DNA from: Cupriavidus necator
Lineage (GTDB): Bacteria; Pseudomonadota; Gammaproteobacteria; Burkholderiales; Burkholderiaceae
Direction of reading: 5' to 3'
DNA: 32,000 nt
Assembly: GCF_016127575.1 (NCBI RefSeq)
Contig: NZ_CP066019.1
Span: 1,560,001-1,592,000 of the forward strand
Shown: in pieces, positions 6,768 through 15,125 of the stretch
How the letters are laid out: each line of letters begins with the position of its first letter
How positions within the stretch are numbered: the first letter of the stretch is position 1
Program-made: the position numbers and the translations under genes
The notes under the pieces: generated by a model
Told to the model about the DNA's origin: nothing
Databases searched by the model: none
What the model saw: the letters and a program-made list of their open reading frames with translations, nothing else

Positions 6768-8861
6768 ATGCCGTCCTCTGGCCCGCTCTCCCGTCCCGCG
6801 CTGCCCGCGCGCACCGCCGGCGTGTTCGACACGCTCGCGGCAGCCTGGGCGGGACGCCCCGACCTTGCACCCTGGCTGCATTCGCTGAAGGTGTTCGGCG
6901 CGGCAATGCTGGCGCTCTACGTGGCGCTGGCGCTCGGGCTGCCGCGGCCCTACTGGGCCATGGCCACCGTCTACCTGGTGTCCAGCCCGCTGGCCGGCGC
7001 CACCTATGCCAAGGGCACCTACCGCGTCTTCGGCACGCTGCTGGGCGCGGTGTGCGCGGTGGCGCTGGTGCCCTGGCTGGTCGACGAGCCGGTGCTGCTG
7101 ATGGCCGCGATCGCGTGCTGGACCGGCACCCTGCTCTACCTGTCCTTGCTGGAGCCGGCGCCGCGCAACTACATCTGCCTGCTGGCCGCCTATACGCTGC
7201 CGATCGTGGCGCTGCCGACGGTCACCAACCCGGCCACGGTCTTCGACGTGGCCCTCACCCGCATCGAGGAAATCGTCATCGGCATCGTCTGCGCCAGCGT
7301 GGTCAGCGCGGTGGTGTTTCCCTCGCGCACCACGCCGGCGCTGGCCGCGCGCGCGTCGGCGTGGCTGGACCACGCCTCGCGCTGGATCACCGACGTGCTG
7401 GCCGCCGGCGCCAGCGCGGGCCAGCGCCATGACAGCTTCAGCCTGCTGGCCGCCGATATCCTGGCAATGGAAACCCAGCTGGCGCAGCTGACCTATGAAG
7501 CCGACGGCGCCCTGACCCTGCGGCGCGCACGTGCCCTGCACCAGCGCATGACGGCCCTGCTGCCGCTGGTGCTGGCGCTGGCCGATGCCGCCGGCGCCTT
7601 GCACCGGCATCCGGCGGGCATGCCTGACACCGTCGCGCAGCGCATGCGCGCCACGCTGGCCTGGATCGCCGGCGACGCCGGCGCGTCCCGGCCGCCGCCT
7701 TCCTGGTACCCGGCAGGCACCACGCCCGCCGCACCCGCGGACTGGCATGCACGGCTGGTCGCGGCGACCTGCACCTACCTGGACGAACTGGGCGACCTCT
7801 GGCAAGACTGCCGCCTGCTGCAGGCCAGCCTGCGCCAGGGCGGGAGCGAGCCCACCGCGCTGCGCTACCGCGTGGAACCCGCCGGGCAGGCGCGGCACCA
7901 TGACCACGCGCAACTGTTGTTCCGCGGCGCCACCGCCGGCTCGGCCACCTTCGTCGCGGGCCTGTTGTGGATGGTGTCGGGGTGGGTCGATGGCGCCGTC
8001 CCGGTCGGCCTGGCCGCGCTTGCCAGCTGCTTTATCGCCACCACCGCGGAGCCGCGGCTGATGGCCGGCCGGGTGATCGCGTGGAGCATCGGCTGTGCGT
8101 TGCTGTCCTGGTACTACCAGTTCGTGGTGCTGCAGCTGGCCCATGACTTTGGCTCGCTGGCCGCCCTGCTGTGCGGCCCCTACCTGGTCATCGGCGCCAT
8201 GACCACGCAGCCGCGCAATGCGCTGTTCGGCGTGTTGCTGGCGGTCACGGCGGCATCGTTCCCGGGCCCGCAGCACCTGACCGCGGCAAGTTTCGCCGGC
8301 ATCTTCAACAGCAGCCTGGCAAGCCTGGCGGCGCTGGTGTTCGCGGCCTTGTGGGCGGTCCTGATGCAGCCCTTCGGCCAGCAGCTGGTGGCCTACCGGC
8401 TGGCCCGGGCCAACTGGAACGAGATCGCGCTGGCGGCGCACCCGCGCGCGCCGGTCAACAGCGCGCGGCTGCGCGGCCGCATGCTGGACCGGCTGCTGCG
8501 CCAGTGGCCGCCATTGACCCGCCGCAACAATGCCAGCGGCAGGCACGCCGGCAGCGCCGTTGCCGACTTCCTGGTCGAATCCGCCGCGCTCGCGCTGCGG
8601 CGCGCCCCCGCTGGCGTGCCTGCGCCGCACCGCCGTGCCGTGGAGCGCGTGCTGGCCGGCGTGGCACGCCACTACCGCCAGTGCGCGCGCACCGGCCATG
8701 CCAGCCCGCCCGCTCCGGCACTGGCGGCGCAGATCGACGCGGCCTTCGCGGCGCTGGCCTCGTCGGCGCACGGCAGCCCCCGCACGGCGCTGGCGGCACT
8801 GGCCACCCTGCGGCTGGCCCTGTATCCGCCTACCGAAGGAGAGCCCCATGCACGCCACTGA
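6768..8861 (+). CDS. FUSC family (fusaric acid resistance / AaeB-like) efflux membrane protein
   Basis: About 697 aa from the ATG at 6768; a TTG alternative lies at 6753. The N-terminal multi-TM block (LKVFGAAMLALYVALALGLPRPYWAMATVYLVSSPLAGATYAKGTYRVFGTLLGA) is followed by a second TM block after a soluble linker, as in FUSC/AaeB proteins. DUF1656 and HlyD genes follow. Confidence 0.85.
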   Translation: MPSSGPLSRPALPARTAGVFDTLAAAWAGRPDLAPWLHSLKVFGAAMLALYVALALGLPRPYWAMATVYLVSSPLAGATYAKGTYRVFGTLLGAVCAVALVPWLVDEPVLLMAAIACWTGTLLYLSLLEPAPRNYICLLAAYTLPIVALPTVTNPATVFDVALTRIEEIVIGIVCASVVSAVVFPSRTTPALAARASAWLDHASRWITDVLAAGASAGQRHDSFSLLAADILAMETQLAQLTYEADGALTLRRARALHQRMTALLPLVLALADAAGALHRHPAGMPDTVAQRMRATLAWIAGDAGASRPPPSWYPAGTTPAAPADWHARLVAATCTYLDELGDLWQDCRLLQASLRQGGSEPTALRYRVEPAGQARHHDHAQLLFRGATAGSATFVAGLLWMVSGWVDGAVPVGLAALASCFIATTAEPRLMAGRVIAWSIGCALLSWYYQFVVLQLAHDFGSLAALLCGPYLVIGAMTTQPRNALFGVLLAVTAASFPGPQHLTAASFAGIFNSSLASLAALVFAALWAVLMQPFGQQLVAYRLARANWNEIALAAHPRAPVNSARLRGRMLDRLLRQWPPLTRRNNASGRHAGSAVADFLVESAALALRRAPAGVPAPHRRAVERVLAGVARHYRQCARTGHASPPAPALAAQIDAAFAALASSAHGSPRTALAALATLRLALYPPTEGEPHARH

Positions 8862-9060
8862 GTTCGACCTGTACGGCGTCTTCGTGCCGGCCACCGTGGT
8901 GTGGATGCTGGCCGCGTTCGCGGTGACCGCCGGCGTGCGCGCCGTGCTCGCCCGGATCGGCTTCTACCGCATCGTCTGGCACCGGTCCTTGTTCAATTTC
9001 TCGCTCTATATCCTTGTACTGGGCGCGCTCGTCGCGCTCCTCTGGCAGGCCCCATCATGA
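8848..9060 (+). CDS. DUF1656 domain small membrane protein (AaeX-like)
   Basis: The ATG at 8848 follows AAGGAGAG. The 70-aa product is MHATEFDLYGVFVPATVVWMLAAFAVTAGVRAVLARIGFYRIVWHRSLFNFSLYILVLGALVALLWQAPS. It overlaps the FUSC stop by 14 nt and the HlyD start by 4 nt (ATGA). Confidence 0.75.
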   Translation: MHATEFDLYGVFVPATVVWMLAAFAVTAGVRAVLARIGFYRIVWHRSLFNFSLYILVLGALVALLWQAPS

Positions 9061-9890
9061 TTCGCAAGCTTTCGCTGCTCGGCCCCGTTGCGGTGACCCT
9101 GGCGGCCGTGGTCGCCGCGGCGCTGACCGCCTGGCATTTGTGGCAGTACTACACCGAGGCGCCCTGGACCCGCGACGGCCATGTGCGCGCAGAAGTGATC
9201 CAGGTCGCGCCGGACGTGTCCGGCCTGGTCACTGCCGTGCTCGTCGGCGACAACGCCCGGGTGCAACGCGGCCAGGTCCTGTTCGTGGTGGACCAGGAGC
9301 GCTTCAGCCTGGCCCTGAAACAGGCCCAGGCCGAGGCCGCGTCGGCGCGCGCCGCGCTGGCACTGGGCCGGCGCCAGGCGGCGAACGCGGCCGCCGTGGC
9401 CGCCGTGGCCGCCGCGCAGGCGCGCATCGACGAAGCCGATGCCGCGGTGGACGTGGCCAGGCTCAACCTGGCCCGCTGCCGCGTGACCAGCCCGGTCGAC
9501 GGCCATGCCAGCGACCGCCTGCCGCGCGTCGGCGACTTTGCCACCCGCGGCAGGCCGGCCCTGTCGGTGGTGGCCAGCGGCTCGCAGTACGTGGAAGGCT
9601 ATTTCGAGGAAACCAAGCTGCCCGCGATCCGCGTCGGCAGCGCCGCCGAAGTGCATATCATGGGCCAGCGCACTCCCTTGCGCGGACATGTGCAGAGCAT
9701 TGCGCCCGGCATCGAGGACCAGGACCGCGCCATCGGGCCCAACATGCTGCCCAGCGTCAACCCGACCTTCAACTGGGTGCGCCTGGCCCAGCGCATACCG
9801 GTGCGAATCGCACTGGACCAGGTGCCCGCCGGGGTCCACCTGATCGCCGGCCAGACCGCGACGGTGCGCATCCGGGCGCCGCGCGAATGA
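9057..9890 (+). CDS. HlyD family secretion / efflux periplasmic adaptor protein (AaeA/EmrA-like)
   Basis: I trimmed ORF 8901..9890 to the ATG at 9057 (MIRKLSLLGPVAVTLAAVVAAALTAWHLW...). An N-terminal anchor is followed by TRDGHVRAEVIQVAPDVSGLVTAVLVGDNARVQRGQVLFVVD, a coiled-coil Ala-rich segment and a beta-barrel C-terminus (VEGYFEETKL...VRIR). Confidence 0.87.
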   Translation: MIRKLSLLGPVAVTLAAVVAAALTAWHLWQYYTEAPWTRDGHVRAEVIQVAPDVSGLVTAVLVGDNARVQRGQVLFVVDQERFSLALKQAQAEAASARAALALGRRQAANAAAVAAVAAAQARIDEADAAVDVARLNLARCRVTSPVDGHASDRLPRVGDFATRGRPALSVVASGSQYVEGYFEETKLPAIRVGSAAEVHIMGQRTPLRGHVQSIAPGIEDQDRAIGPNMLPSVNPTFNWVRLAQRIPVRIALDQVPAGVHLIAGQTATVRIRAPRE

Positions 9891-9988
9891 GGCGCCCCGA
9901 CGCAGCCATACCGGCCCCGCCGGAACTGTTCTGCTTCCGCTCCTGCCGATTTGTACGCCTGCCGGGCGGCGATCGGTCCCTACCATGG

Positions 9989-10012
9989 AGGGCATGGCAT
10001 GCGCCATGCCCT
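9989..10012 (+). other. perfect 10-bp GC-rich hairpin in the moaA leader / efflux operon trailer
   Basis: AGGGCATGGC-ATGC-GCCATGCCCT is flanked by direct copies of CCCTACC at 9978-9984 and 10009-10015. No U-tract follows. Confidence 0.45.
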
Positions 10013-10038
10013 ACCCCATTGCCCCCGGGAGATTCGCC

Positions 10039-11139
10039 ATGCAAGCAGCGCTTGTGCAAGAAATGCCCGCCGCCCGCAGTCTTGAGGCGCCCGAGCCGGA
10101 CCACGCATCACCCGCCTGCCGGGACCAGCTGGGCCGTCCGCTGCGCGACCTGCGGCTCTCGGTGATCGACCAGTGCAACTTCCGCTGCACCTACTGCATG
10201 CCCAAGGAGCGCTTCGGGCGCGACTACCCGTTCCTGTCGCCTGAGCAGCGCCTGTCCGATGCGGAACTGCTGCGCATCGTGCGCGCCTTTGTCGGCCTGG
10301 GCGTTGAGAAAGTGCGCCTGACCGGCGGCGAGCCGCTGCTGCGCAAGGGCATCGAGTCGCTGGTCGAACGCATTGCGGCCATGCGTACCCTGGACGGCCG
10401 GCAGGTGGAAGTGGCCATGACCACCAACGGCAGCCTGCTGGCCCGCAAGGCGCGTTCGCTGCGCGACGCAGGCCTGGGCCGGGTCACGGTCAGCCTGGAC
10501 AGCCTGGACGACCAGATCTTCCGCGCCATGAACGATGTCGATTTCCCGGTCGGGCGCGTGCTGGAGGGCATCGACGCGGCCATCGCGGCGGGCCTGGCAC
10601 CAGTCAAGGTCAACTGCGTGGTCGAGCGCGGCACCAACGACGCGCAGGTGCTGCCGCTGGTGGAGCACTTCCGTGGCAGCGACGTCACGCTGCGCTTTAT
10701 CGAATATATGGATGTGGAAGGCCCGAGCGGCTGGTCACAGTCACGCGTCGTCCCGTCCGACGAGATCCGCGGCATGGTCGAACGCGCGCATGCGCTGCTG
10801 CCGGTCACCCGGCGCGACGGCGAAACCGCCAGCAACTACCTGCTGGCGGATGGCAGCCTGAAGCTGGGTTTTATCTCCAGCGTTTCGCACCCGTTCTGCG
10901 GCGATTGCACCCGCGCACGCGTTTCGGTCGACGGTCGGCTTTACCTGTGCCTGTTCGCCACCAGCTCTGTCGACCTGCGCCAGCACCTGGGTGCCGCGCG
11001 CCCCGATGAAGCCGTTGCGGACGCGGTCCGGCAAGCCTGGCAGGCCCGCGGCGACCGCTACTCCGAGCTGCGCGCGGACCGGCTGGCCAGCGGCAAGCGC
11101 CAGTACCCGACGGTGCGCATGTCGCTGGTCGGCGGCTGA
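10039..11139 (+). CDS. moaA: GTP 3',8-cyclase MoaA (molybdenum cofactor biosynthesis, radical SAM)
   Basis: The radical-SAM motif CNFRCTYCMP is present, with GGEPLLR and the C-terminal second-cluster cysteines FCGDCTRARVSVDGRLYLC. I prefer the ATG at 10039 because GGGAGA lies 6 nt upstream. The ATG at 9985 is an alternative. Confidence 0.92.
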   Translation: MQAALVQEMPAARSLEAPEPDHASPACRDQLGRPLRDLRLSVIDQCNFRCTYCMPKERFGRDYPFLSPEQRLSDAELLRIVRAFVGLGVEKVRLTGGEPLLRKGIESLVERIAAMRTLDGRQVEVAMTTNGSLLARKARSLRDAGLGRVTVSLDSLDDQIFRAMNDVDFPVGRVLEGIDAAIAAGLAPVKVNCVVERGTNDAQVLPLVEHFRGSDVTLRFIEYMDVEGPSGWSQSRVVPSDEIRGMVERAHALLPVTRRDGETASNYLLADGSLKLGFISSVSHPFCGDCTRARVSVDGRLYLCLFATSSVDLRQHLGAARPDEAVADAVRQAWQARGDRYSELRADRLASGKRQYPTVRMSLVGG

Positions 11140-11163
11140 GCCGCGGGCGCGGCTCTCGGCCAC

Positions 11164-11430
11164 TCAGTCAGGATTCGGGAAAGCCTGCGCGGCAAGCTCC
11201 GCGCCGGCTGGTGTCAGGCTCGCGTGACCGCGGCCTTCCTCGTCGATCGCCACGTCCGCCAGTCCGGCGGCCTGCAGTTGCGTCAACACGCGCCGCAGCA
11301 CGCTCATTGGCAGCTGGGCCCGCTTCGCGATCTTGGCGAGCGACCAGGGGCTGCCGCCGCCCTCGCGCCCAGCCTGCCACAGGACCTGGAGCGCCGCGAC
11401 CATGGCGGGATCGATATCAGCGTCTTGCAT
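11164..11430 (-). CDS. small winged-helix (MarR/ArsR-like) DNA-binding protein, 88 aa
   Basis: MQDADIDPAMVAALQVLWQAGREGGGSPWSLAKIAKRAQLPMSVLRRVLTQLQAAGLADVAIDEEGRGHASLTPAGAELA has an HTH plus wing pattern. It overlaps the stop of the MocR gene by 14 nt, which suggests translational coupling. Confidence 0.6.
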   Translation of the reverse strand: MQDADIDPAMVAALQVLWQAGREGGGSPWSLAKIAKRAQLPMSVLRRVLTQLQAAGLADVAIDEEGRGHASLTPAGAELAAQAFPNPD

Positions 11431-12871
11431 GCTCTTCCTCGCCGGGTTCCCGGCTGCGCGCCAGCAGGTGCTGCGCGATCCTGCCCAGCGTCTGCACGGC
11501 GGACTCGATTCCGGGCGACCATTCCCCGCTGTAGTTCAGCCGGATGCAATGGCGGTAAGTGGCCCCGGGCGCAAACATATGCCCGGGCGCGATGGTGATG
11601 CGGTGCTCCAGCGCGGCGTGGTACATCTCCATCGCATCGATGCCCTCCGGCAGCTGCACCCACAGCACATAGCCTCCCGCAGGGCGCGACGGGGTGGTGC
11701 CGTCCGGGAAGAACCTGCGCACCGCGGCGGCCATGATGTTGGCCTGCTGCGCATAGGCCTTGCGCACCCGCCGCAGGTGGAAGTCGTAGCCGTCGTTCTT
11801 CAGGAACTCGGCAATCGCCAGCTGCGGAATGGCGGGCGTGGTCAGCGTGTTGAGGAACTTGAGCCGTTCCACCGCCTCGCGGTAGCGGCCCGGCAGCGCC
11901 CAGCCGATCCGGTAGGCATTGGTCAGCGTCTTGGAGAACGAGGAGCAATGCAGCACGATGCCGGCCTTGTCAAACGCCTTCAATGAACTGGGATGGGCCT
12001 CGCCGTAATAGAGCTCGCCGTAGACGTCGTTCTCGATGACGGGGATGTCCTTCTCGGTCAGCATGGCCACCAGCGCGCGCTTCTTCTCATCGGGCATCTG
12101 GAAGCCGAGCGGGTTCTGGAAATTGGGCATCACCATGCAGGCGGCCACGCCCTTTTCATCGATCAGCCGCGCCAGCTCGCCGATGTCGATGCCTTCCACC
12201 GGATCGGTCGCCACCTCGATGGCGCGCATGCCCAGCCGCTCGATAGCATGGAGCATGGCGTAGAAGGTTGGCGACTCCACTGCGATGGTATCGCCCGGCC
12301 TGGCCACTGCCTGCAGGCAGAGGTTGATGGCCTCGGTCGCGCCAATGGTGACGATCACCTCGTTCGGATCGATGGCGTAGCCGTTCTCCAGGTAGCGGCG
12401 CGAGATCTGCCGGATCAGCTCGGGGCTGCCGGGCGGCAGGTCGTCGAGCATGGTCCACTTGGCATAGCGGCGCGCGATATTGTTGGCGTACTGGTTGATG
12501 CGCTGCCACGGAAACAGCGAAGGGTCCGGATAGGGCGAACCGAGCGGCACGGCATCATCGGAACGGATCGAACGCAGCGTGGAAAGCACCAGCGCGCTGA
12601 CATCCACCGCCGAGGGCTTGGCACTGGGCCTGGACGGGCGCAGCTCGACCACCGGCTCGCCCGGCCGCGCGCGCACGAAATAGCCGGACTGCGGCCGGCT
12701 TTCGATGATGCCGCGGCTCTCCAGCAAGACGTAGGCCCGGATCACCGTGGTGATGCTCATGCGGTGGTGCTGGCTGGTCTGCCGCACCGAGGGAATCCGC
12801 TCGCCGGGCAACAGCACCCCCTGCTGCACCAATGCTTCTATGTCCGCAGCCAGCTTTTCATATAGTTTCAC
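11417..12871 (-). CDS. MocR/GabR/PdxR-type PLP-dependent regulator (GntR wHTH fused to a fold-type-I aminotransferase domain)
   Basis: The N-terminal GntR HTH reads LPGERIPSVRQTSQHHRMSITTVIRAYVLLESRGIIESRPQSGYFV. The aminotransferase domain has a PLP-lysine context SSFSKTL and NPLGFQM. Length is 484 aa. Confidence 0.9.
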   Translation of the reverse strand: MKLYEKLAADIEALVQQGVLLPGERIPSVRQTSQHHRMSITTVIRAYVLLESRGIIESRPQSGYFVRARPGEPVVELRPSRPSAKPSAVDVSALVLSTLRSIRSDDAVPLGSPYPDPSLFPWQRINQYANNIARRYAKWTMLDDLPPGSPELIRQISRRYLENGYAIDPNEVIVTIGATEAINLCLQAVARPGDTIAVESPTFYAMLHAIERLGMRAIEVATDPVEGIDIGELARLIDEKGVAACMVMPNFQNPLGFQMPDEKKRALVAMLTEKDIPVIENDVYGELYYGEAHPSSLKAFDKAGIVLHCSSFSKTLTNAYRIGWALPGRYREAVERLKFLNTLTTPAIPQLAIAEFLKNDGYDFHLRRVRKAYAQQANIMAAAVRRFFPDGTTPSRPAGGYVLWVQLPEGIDAMEMYHAALEHRITIAPGHMFAPGATYRHCIRLNYSGEWSPGIESAVQTLGRIAQHLLARSREPGEEEHARR

Positions 12872-12940
12872 GCTGCGCTCCCCTTCCCATGTCCCTCGCG
12901 CCCGGCCGGTGCCTGGTCCGGCCCTTGCGCCGGGCTGCTG

Positions 12941-14152
12941 TCAGCTGAGCCAACGATGAAGATCATAGTACGGCAGGGGCACATTTTGGAGTTGTCCGGC
13001 GCATTGGGGTTCGACCCGCACAAAGCCGCTGGCCTGGCCGAGCGCCGACACCGAGGCGGCACCCTGCTGTGCATTGACCTGCACGAAGCTCTCGCGGCCG
13101 CCGAGGTTGCCGATTTCGCCCACGCGCCAGAAGGCATCGCCGCGGTGCGGGCGGGTGCCCGCCAGCGCCGCCCTGACCCGGCCTACCGGCGGGAACAGCT
13201 CCACGCGCCCCTGCAGGCGGCGCAGCAGCGGCGTCACCAGCAGCGCGAAGGTGGCATAGGCCGCCGCCGGATTGCCGGGCAGGCATACTACGGGCTTGCC
13301 GCGCAGGCGCCCCACCGTGACCGGCTTGCCGGGCTTCATGTTGACGCCACGGCAAAGCAGCTCGCCGCCTGCCGAAGCCAGCGCCGCCGCGACCAGGTCG
13401 CGCTGGCCGACCGAGGCACCGCCGGTGACCAGCACCAGGTCGGCGTCGGCGGCAAGTTCCCGCAGCATGTCGTGCAAGGCGCGCTCGTCGTCCTGCACGT
13501 GGCGGTGGCAACTGACCACGGCGCCCATCGACTGCACCAGCGACTCGAGCATCGGGCCATTGACGTCATGCACCTGGTACACGTCGCGCGGCTCGTCGTG
13601 CGCCGCCACCTCGTCGCCCGAAGTCAGGATGGCAACCTCCACCAGCCGGCAGACCGTGGCCTCCGTCAGTCCCTGCGACGCCAGCGCGGCAATATGCCCC
13701 GCATGCAGCAGGGTTCCCGCCGACAGCAGCAGGTCGCCCCGGCGGGCGTCCTCGCCCTTGCGCCGGATATGCTGGCCCGCCACGGGTGCGCGCGCGCAGA
13801 CCACGCCGCGATAGGTTTCCTCGGCATCCTCCAGCGCGACCACGGCACCGGCGCCGGGTGGAATCACGCCGCCGGTGTAGATGCGGATGGCCTGGCCGGG
13901 CAACAGCGGCTGCGGCTGCGTGCCGGCGTAGACGACCTGCTGCAGCGGCAGGCAGGCGTCAGCGCGGCAGTCTTCACAGCGCACCGCATAGCCGTCCATG
14001 GCACTGCGGTCCGCCGCGGGCGTATCCATGACCGCGGCCACGTCGCCGGCCAGCACGCGGCCGGTCAGCAGGCCCAGCCACACGGTTTCGGTCTGCCGCA
14101 CGGGCTCCGCGCACATCGCGAAGACCGCCTGCGCCTCGTCAAAGTTCAGCAT
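12941..14152 (-). CDS. moeA: molybdopterin molybdotransferase MoeA
   Basis: Motifs SAMDGYAV, IRIYTGGVIPPGA, LVLVTGGASVGQRD and GKPVVCLPGNP are present in a 403-aa product. It overlaps the fdhD stop by 7 nt. Confidence 0.9.
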   Translation of the reverse strand: MLNFDEAQAVFAMCAEPVRQTETVWLGLLTGRVLAGDVAAVMDTPAADRSAMDGYAVRCEDCRADACLPLQQVVYAGTQPQPLLPGQAIRIYTGGVIPPGAGAVVALEDAEETYRGVVCARAPVAGQHIRRKGEDARRGDLLLSAGTLLHAGHIAALASQGLTEATVCRLVEVAILTSGDEVAAHDEPRDVYQVHDVNGPMLESLVQSMGAVVSCHRHVQDDERALHDMLRELAADADLVLVTGGASVGQRDLVAAALASAGGELLCRGVNMKPGKPVTVGRLRGKPVVCLPGNPAAAYATFALLVTPLLRRLQGRVELFPPVGRVRAALAGTRPHRGDAFWRVGEIGNLGGRESFVQVNAQQGAASVSALGQASGFVRVEPQCAGQLQNVPLPYYDLHRWLS

Positions 14153-14991
14153 GCTGCGCCTCCGCGGGCGGCATCCAGTGCGGCGCCGGTATAGTCGACA
14201 TAACCATCCTGGCGGCAGAAGCTGAGCAGGCGCAGACCGGCCTGCTCGGCGATGCGTATCGCCAGCGAGGTCGGCGCCGAGATCGTCGCCAGCATCTGGA
14301 TATTCATGCGCGCCACCTTGCGCACCAGTTCATAGCTGGCGCGGCTGGACAGCAGCACGAATCCGTCGTCCATCGCCACGCGCTGCATCGCCAGGTGGCC
14401 GATCAGCTTGTCCAGGCCGTTGTGGCGGCCCACATCCTCGAACACATGCAGGATCTCGCCGCCCGCATCGCACCAGGCCGCGGCGTGGACGCCCCCGGTG
14501 GCCTGCATCAGCCGCTGGTGCGACGGCAGCGCCGCGACCGCGCGCTCGATCATCTCGCGCGACGGCGTCAGCCGGGTGGCCGGCTCGGGCATGCGCGCCG
14601 GCTCCAGGTCGAGCAGCTCGATGCTCTCGATGCCGCAGACGCCGCAGCCGGTGCGCCCCGCCAGCGCGCGCCGGCGGGCCCGCATGGTGGCAAAGGCGTG
14701 CTCGCTGATCTCCATCTGCACCTCGGCGCCGTGCGGGTGCACGCGCACTTCCAGGTCGTGGATCTCGGCATTGCGCCCGACGATGCCCTCGGTCAGCGAG
14801 AAGCCGACCGCGAACGCCTCAAGGTCCAGCGGCGTGGCCATCATCACGGCGTGCGAGATGCCGTTGTACACCAGCGCCACCGGGAGTTCTTCCGCCACGT
14901 TGTCCGTGGCCGGCTGCACCAAGCAGTTTTTGTGCCGCACGATGCTGCGCGCTTCATAGCCTGTGTGTTCGACCAGTTCGGTGCATTCCAT
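14146..14991 (-). CDS. fdhD: formate dehydrogenase accessory sulfurtransferase FdhD
   Basis: I trimmed ORF 14146..15030 to the ATG at 14991 (MECTELVEHTGYEARS...). Motifs LAGRTGCGVCGIESIE and FEDVGRHNGLDKLIGH are typical of FdhD. Confidence 0.9.
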   Translation of the reverse strand: MECTELVEHTGYEARSIVRHKNCLVQPATDNVAEELPVALVYNGISHAVMMATPLDLEAFAVGFSLTEGIVGRNAEIHDLEVRVHPHGAEVQMEISEHAFATMRARRRALAGRTGCGVCGIESIELLDLEPARMPEPATRLTPSREMIERAVAALPSHQRLMQATGGVHAAAWCDAGGEILHVFEDVGRHNGLDKLIGHLAMQRVAMDDGFVLLSSRASYELVRKVARMNIQMLATISAPTSLAIRIAEQAGLRLLSFCRQDGYVDYTGAALDAARGGAAC

Positions 14992-15041
14992 GGGATCTCT
15001 CGTAAAATTATGTGCAGCGCCCGCTTGCATGCTGACGGTTT

Positions 15042-15073
15042 GTTCCCCTCTCCCGCTTGCGGGAGAGGGGAAC
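15042..15073. repeat. perfect 13-bp GC-rich stem-loop between the ydeP-like gene and fdhD (intercistronic hairpin, REP-like or attenuator)
   Basis: GTTCCCCTCTCCC-GCTTGC-GGGAGAGGGGAAC. No T-run follows on either strand, so this is not a canonical intrinsic terminator. Confidence 0.5.
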
Positions 15074-15125
15074 GTTCACCAGGGGTGTCAGTCGCTTGAC
15101 GAGCGGTATTGCGCGCAGCGCGGGA

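Noticed and set aside
5463-8894. A very long minus-strand ORF (1143 aa) spanning cydB and the FUSC gene.
   Set aside because: It is antisense to three well-supported plus-strand genes. The translation is an Arg/Gly/Ala/Pro/His-rich low-complexity string with no domain-like blocks. This is the typical stop-codon-poor shadow frame of a high-GC genome.
9891-10038. A Moco riboswitch upstream of moaA.
   Set aside because: I could not recognise the conserved Moco-motif junction sequences by eye. Only a generic hairpin is evident. I list it as something to test with a covariance model rather than as a feature.
11138-11155. A small hairpin GAGCCGC-GGGC-GCGGCTC between convergent moaA and the wHTH gene.
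   Set aside because: The stem is only 7 bp, starts inside the moaA stop codon and has no U-tract on either strand. This is too weak to call a bidirectional terminator.
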